Below, in pieces: positions 45,751 through 50,248 of a stretch of DNA of 50,248 nt. The notes beneath the pieces were generated by a model that saw only the letters and a list, made by a program, of their open reading frames with translations, searched no databases and had not been told where the DNA came from. A program made the position numbers and the translations under genes. Location of the stretch: positions 1 through 50,248 of the IMG/VR virus record IMGVR_UViG_3300022200_000065. One strand, given 5' to 3'. Source of the DNA: a virus. Lineage: Duplodnaviria > Caudoviricetes. Every line of letters begins with the position of its first letter. Within the stretch, counting starts at the first letter, position 1.

Positions 45751-47260
45751 CTTCGTCACCCTCTTTTTTTGCCGGTGACGCGGCATTACTGCTGGCAGCG
45801 TCATCAACATTCAGCTGATTACCGGCCTTACTGAATTTTGACGGGTCAATATCAAACGGTAAATCACCAAACAATTGTTTATCTACCTTCCACTGTTCAA
45901 TTACAGTTTCAAGGTTACCATCAGCGTCACCCATTGATTTAACTGCTGCAGATGGTGTGGTAAAACCAGCGCGTACCTTAGTGATCAGTGTGTCGAGTTC
46001 TTCTTTCGGTTGTACAACACCTCGTGGCGGATAAGTCCAACTGCAACTTAAAACATTTCGGGCGTTTACATTCGCTGACATCATATAAACAGCACTAAAC
46101 CACCTGAAAATGGTGTCTAAACCCGGTTCTAACATATGCTTTTGGCAGTAGTCAAGTGTTTGAAAGAACTCAATTTTACTCATTCTACCAGACGCAAAGT
46201 TCATTTTACTATAATCACCGGTGACCTGGGTGTGAGCAAGACCGGCGCCTATGGCGATGTCAGAACGCACAATTTCCATAAACTGGGCACTACCTTGCGA
46301 CGATGGAGGTGTTACCGTGGTGACCGTAGCACCTTGGTCAGTATAATGAACCATACCTGGTTCAATTTCTTCAATCTGACTGTTACTGTTACCAACACCA
46401 ACAGCACTACTTGCACCGCTGATAATAATACCCAAACATGCAGCAATCTGGTCCTGCATCAATTTAGCGTCAATCAGGGTGTCATACTTGTTCAGCGTTG
46501 TGGCTGATTGCGTTAACCAGCTTACACCTAAATGCTGTCCCGAACGCTCTTTGCGGAAAAGGTGAATACATTCGATGTCTTTGCGTAAAAATATCGGCGG
46601 ATTATTGGAGATTTGACCAGTAAGTCTATCAAGGTTTTTAATCCAATAACCGTATGGTCTACCTTCTAAATCAAATTCAATACCCGATAAAACGGTGTGT
46701 CCTTCAACCTTCGGTTTACTGACTGTGGCGTCAAGCATTGTTTGTTCAAACGTCTGCAGGCGTACCGGTGCTAATCCACGCTCTTTGCCACCTTTATCGT
46801 CAACATGCTTGCGGATAAGCACACCACCAGATTCAACGATTGTCGCAGCCCAAAGCCATTGCAGGCCGTAAAAACTATAATGCCCATCGAAGTCGGCAAA
46901 GGTAGACCAAGCCCAATCAGACAATGCCTGGTTAGCTTTTTTACGCACGTTTTTGTTTGTAGTGGCAACCTGGCCACGGATGCCCGAGCCAACCATATTA
47001 CTTGCCCAAATGATTTTAATGCGGTGGGCAAGTGGGTTATTCCGACAAAGTTCCTGGGCAGTTGCTGCCAGTGCATTCGCTGCAACGGATACTTCTTCAG
47101 CTGCAGTGGTCTTAGATCGAAACCAGCCGCTATTACGACGACCACCCTGTGTGGCTGCATCATATTTGCGTACAACGAATTCAGCGGCCAGCCGATTACG
47201 CATACGACGTAAACCAGCTTCGGGTGATATGGTTAAAATAATTTTATCAAGAAAATTCAT
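45740..47260 (-). CDS. Portal protein, lambda family
   Basis: YDAA, L.RNNP, G...GVSW, TGDYS..NFAS.R and P.EE motifs. Confidence 0.95.
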   Translation of the reverse strand: MNFLDKIILTISPEAGLRRMRNRLAAEFVVRKYDAATQGGRRNSGWFRSKTTAAEEVSVAANALAATAQELCRNNPLAHRIKIIWASNMVGSGIRGQVATTNKNVRKKANQALSDWAWSTFADFDGHYSFYGLQWLWAATIVESGGVLIRKHVDDKGGKERGLAPVRLQTFEQTMLDATVSKPKVEGHTVLSGIEFDLEGRPYGYWIKNLDRLTGQISNNPPIFLRKDIECIHLFRKERSGQHLGVSWLTQSATTLNKYDTLIDAKLMQDQIAACLGIIISGASSAVGVGNSNSQIEEIEPGMVHYTDQGATVTTVTPPSSQGSAQFMEIVRSDIAIGAGLAHTQVTGDYSKMNFASGRMSKIEFFQTLDYCQKHMLEPGLDTIFRWFSAVYMMSANVNARNVLSCSWTYPPRGVVQPKEELDTLITKVRAGFTTPSAAVKSMGDADGNLETVIEQWKVDKQLFGDLPFDIDPSKFSKAGNQLNVDDAASSNAASPAKKEGDEDAE

Positions 47261-47262
47261 TA

Positions 47263-47466
47263 TTAATAACCTTTGCTGATTGACACAAGACGGCTACCGC
47301 GTGGCACCGGGCCGGAACTTAATTCAGATTCCATCAACTGAATTGCCTGACGCATTTCTGACAAACTATTGTATTTGACCCATGAGTCACCTTCACGAAT
47401 TTCGAGTATACCCCGAGCGTAGGCGTCTTTTAATTTCTGCACTTGTTCTGTGGTAAAATTAGCCAT
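47263..47466 (-). CDS. gpW-like head completion protein
   Basis: L..A.A.G...I.....V.Y.SL.EM motif; between terminase and portal. Confidence 0.85.
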   Translation of the reverse strand: MANFTTEQVQKLKDAYARGILEIREGDSWVKYNSLSEMRQAIQLMESELSSGPVPRGSRLVSISKGY

Positions 47467-49477
47467 TTCGTTTTAACCAGCCTTTGCGTCGTAACGTTGG
47501 TGTTTTTTGCTTAGATTGAATCATAGTATCAACGTCAACCGGTTTAGAGTCAACTACCTGTTTTGTAGTACCGTATAAACGTTCACGAGCTTTCCAATCA
47601 TCATCACTAAACCGGTCAATTTGTAGCATAGCAGCAGCAGCCCGGTTGTAAGCATGAGTATCTAAAAAGTGGTTATCTTTTCTAAGCTTTTCCCAATGAA
47701 AAGTAATAAATCCGCGTCTATCTTCCATTCTTACAAGCTGTTCAGCAGTAATTTGTTTGAAATATTCATCGTCATATTCAGGGAAATGACAGTATCCTGA
47801 CGGGTATTTTTTACCGGCTGCGAGTTCTTCATCAGTCGGTTTCTTCATGTTTAACCAGGCATAAAATTCCTCTTTACAAACGCTGGAACCAACTGGCCAC
47901 ATCATCAGACCCCGGCTAATTCTCTTACCATCAACAGCAACATCAACCGGTGTTGGTGTACCAATAACAGTTTTTAAATTTTCGCTTTTCTCACCTTTGA
48001 TGGCAACGAACCGGTCAGACATGAAGTTTCGGACGATATTATAAACGCGCTGGGTTCTGAAACCCGAGTCAATAACCGCCTTTTCAACAGGCATCATTAC
48101 ATCAATCTGATTGGGGAATTCACGACGAACAAGATTATGAATATAGTCTTGCATTTCGTCACTGTTAATATCACCCGCCTGATAACCTTTATCCAGGGAC
48201 CAGTTTTCTTTATCACGACCCCACGCGATAAACTCCCAGTAAATACCTTTGGTCTGGACGTCGATGGCCAAAGTGATCATCAATCCGCCAGCCGGTACGG
48301 TGCCAATTTCATAACTGTCACGGCGTTCGTATAAGCGTTCCCAGTTTGGTTGTTCACCAAGTTCCCGCCATGTTCTAGCCAACCGGGTATTGTAAAAAGC
48401 TTTTAACAGGTTACTGTTGCCCAGCGCTTTAATGTATTCCAGTGCCAGCGTTTCAATTGGTGTAAATGGGCTGGCCAACGATGACATTTTAAAACCACGG
48501 TGCCACGTGATTTCTGGTCGTTTGTGTAACCAGTAGCCGTTACGGATTGAATTTAAACGGTCACCCTCAGACCACTTTTCACCACACCCACCGCCAGCAG
48601 TATCACAGATAATGTGTGCGAACTCATGTTGCAGTTCACCAGTTACAACGTCAGCAGGGATGATGACATCAGTGAACCAATCCAATTCCTTGGCGTGGCC
48701 ACAGTGTGGGCAGACCTGTAAAAAGATGCCTTGGCTGGACGCCTGATATTCTTGTTCTACACGAGATAGACCCTGAACCGTAGGGCTGCAGGCAACTATC
48801 TTTTTGGCACGCTTACCATAGGTTGTAGCGCGACCCCAGGCAACAGCAATAGAGTCACCCTCACCACCTGTACCACCTTCACCAGCACCCACGTTTAACG
48901 GGTATTTATCCACTTCATCAAACATCAGGATACGGCAAGCCCTCATTGCCAAATCGTCAGGGTTACGCGCTGACACAATACTGATCTGACCGCCTGGATA
49001 TTGCTTCTGTAAAATGGTGTTACCTTCACCCCGGCGATTCTCTGTGAAAATTTCTCGGGTAACAGGCGTGGCCTTGACCGACTTCATAAACCGTTCTTTG
49101 GACCAGGCTTCGGCAAGTTCTTTTTTCGGTGCCACATACATCAGTGGGGATGGTTCTTGGTGCATAAAAAACAAAGCAGTGTTGATCATCAGTTCTGTTT
49201 TCATGGCCTGGATGCAACACATTACAGTTACTTCCTGAACCTTTGGGTCAGATATAGCTAACATCGGTTCACGCGCTGGGGGCATCCTGTCTGTTTTCCA
49301 TCGTCCAGGCTCTGCAGAATTGTCAGGTAAGTGACGGAATTCATCAGCCCACTGAACCAGGTCAAGCTTTGGTAATGCCCTCAGACAACTTTGTTTTGCC
49401 TTAGTGATCCGTACAGCAAGATATTGTTTAGCTTGTCTTGACGTCTGCAGAATGTTCAATCGTAGGTTTCCTGACAA
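47459..49477 (-). CDS. Terminase large subunit, lambda gpA family
   Basis: WAD..R, Q..KTE, DEVDKYP, SPT, CPHC, DVQ, IDSG and NH.LD motifs. Confidence 0.96.
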   Translation of the reverse strand: MSGNLRLNILQTSRQAKQYLAVRITKAKQSCLRALPKLDLVQWADEFRHLPDNSAEPGRWKTDRMPPAREPMLAISDPKVQEVTVMCCIQAMKTELMINTALFFMHQEPSPLMYVAPKKELAEAWSKERFMKSVKATPVTREIFTENRRGEGNTILQKQYPGGQISIVSARNPDDLAMRACRILMFDEVDKYPLNVGAGEGGTGGEGDSIAVAWGRATTYGKRAKKIVACSPTVQGLSRVEQEYQASSQGIFLQVCPHCGHAKELDWFTDVIIPADVVTGELQHEFAHIICDTAGGGCGEKWSEGDRLNSIRNGYWLHKRPEITWHRGFKMSSLASPFTPIETLALEYIKALGNSNLLKAFYNTRLARTWRELGEQPNWERLYERRDSYEIGTVPAGGLMITLAIDVQTKGIYWEFIAWGRDKENWSLDKGYQAGDINSDEMQDYIHNLVRREFPNQIDVMMPVEKAVIDSGFRTQRVYNIVRNFMSDRFVAIKGEKSENLKTVIGTPTPVDVAVDGKRISRGLMMWPVGSSVCKEEFYAWLNMKKPTDEELAAGKKYPSGYCHFPEYDDEYFKQITAEQLVRMEDRRGFITFHWEKLRKDNHFLDTHAYNRAAAAMLQIDRFSDDDWKARERLYGTTKQVVDSKPVDVDTMIQSKQKTPTLRRKGWLKRNG

Positions 49478-49941
49478 GTGTGTTCATATGCTGACAACTT
49501 AGTTAAAATATCTTCAATGTCGGCGTTTAGGATTTCTGCAACTTTATCTTCAGACTGATGGGCAAGCAAACCATTTAACCGGTTTGGTTGTGATGTTAGT
49601 GACGCACGGACATCAATTAATGCGGCAGAAAATTCAACCATCAAATCATCAATGACGACTAATTGTTCACGTTTTACAGCAAGATCTAATTCAGCTGATA
49701 ACGCTAAAGCAACTTCACGACGTCGTTTTGCTTCAGACGCTGACATGGTTTTTTCATCAACATCGGTAAGACCACCTTTGTCGATATGCCACTGTAAAAT
49801 ATCAGCGATAACAAACCGGTCATTCCATTGGCCATCAGCACCGACAACATACGGCATACCTTCATCACACCATTTACGCAAAGTGTAAGGTGTGACATTT
49901 AATATCTTAGCGGTTGTTGCCTGGTTTAATTGGTCGCTCAT
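49456..49941 (-). CDS. Terminase small subunit, Nu1-like
   Basis: N-terminal wHTH (A.ILNVT..TL..W..EGMP) plus coiled coil; upstream of gpA. Confidence 0.9.
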   Translation of the reverse strand: MSDQLNQATTAKILNVTPYTLRKWCDEGMPYVVGADGQWNDRFVIADILQWHIDKGGLTDVDEKTMSASEAKRRREVALALSAELDLAVKREQLVVIDDLMVEFSAALIDVRASLTSQPNRLNGLLAHQSEDKVAEILNADIEDILTKLSAYEHTCQETYD

Positions 49942-50173
49942 TTAATTTGGCCTTTGTCTGTTTCAGCATCATTAAAACCTTATCGTGACCGGTTATACAA
50001 CCAGGGTCATCATCATCATCATCCCATCGTTTATTACAAAAACTGCAATGATAACAACGGTTAGCATAATCATGGAGTAAATCACGGTGTTCAATCTTCA
50101 TAGTCGTCACCATCATTTTTAAAATTTTATGATTAGTGCAACCACAGTTGATTTTGACGGTAATCATTGTCAA
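49907..50173 (-). CDS. Small Cys-rich hypothetical protein (start uncertain)
   Basis: C..C..C...C motif; lies between the promoter and terS. Confidence 0.45.
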   Translation of the reverse strand: MTMITVKINCGCTNHKILKMMVTTMKIEHRDLLHDYANRCYHCSFCNKRWDDDDDDPGCITGHDKVLMMLKQTKAKLNERPIKPGNNR

Positions 50174-50193
50174 CCAAGGGGGGTAGCACCACC

Positions 50194-50226
50194 ATTATGG
50201 TTCAAATGGATTACGGTTGCAACAGT
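50194..50226 (-). promoter_or_regulatory. Sigma70-type promoter of the packaging operon with an overlapping operator-like palindrome
   Basis: TTGCAA-17 bp-CATAAT on the minus strand; ACGGTTGCAACAGT at 50213-50226 covers the -35. Confidence 0.65.
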
Positions 50227-50248
50227 GTTGATATATCACGAATTTTTT

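Noticed and set aside
50008-50024. CAT trinucleotide run near the right end as a terminal inverted repeat of the left GAT array
   Set aside because: Only about five triplets, explained by a poly-Asp stretch in a small ORF; no extended end-to-end complementarity

Overview
The window looks like an essentially complete ~50 kb tailed dsDNA phage genome, probably a siphovirus of a gammaproteobacterial host (inferred from sigma70 promoters, IHF-type sites and Rz/Rz1 spanins). From left to right: (1) a terminal GAT-rich tandem-repeat block; (2) an AT-rich leftward early operon of small hypothetical and membrane proteins (371-3312); (3) a ~1.1 kb non-coding control region holding a mirror-symmetric iteron/IHF-site array, the likely replication origin (3657-4126); (4) a rightward accessory operon with C5 and N6A methyltransferases, a ParB-like protein, dUTPase and a PapB-like regulator (4490-14174); (5) a leftward holin/spanin plus fibre-like cassette (14214-18076); (6) a replication module with primase-helicase, VRR-NUC, DUF2815 SSB, DUF2800 nuclease, SF2 helicase and family B polymerase (18285-28473); (7) an orphan Phd/YefM-like gene; (8) a leftward lambda-like morphogenesis operon running from terminase to tail tip and endolysin, with an embedded GroES homologue (29075-49941). 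I recognised no integrase, CI-type repressor, ParA, tRNA or CRISPR array. The most notable observations are a 14-bp palindrome ACNGTTNNAACNGT on the promoters of the Phd-like gene, the early operon and the packaging operon (a possible antitoxin-derived regulon); the dyad-symmetric origin; a 28-aa first early peptide resembling a mature type IV pilin N-terminus; and a 22-aa-repeat fibre cassette. All product calls come from motif recognition by eye; no database search was run.
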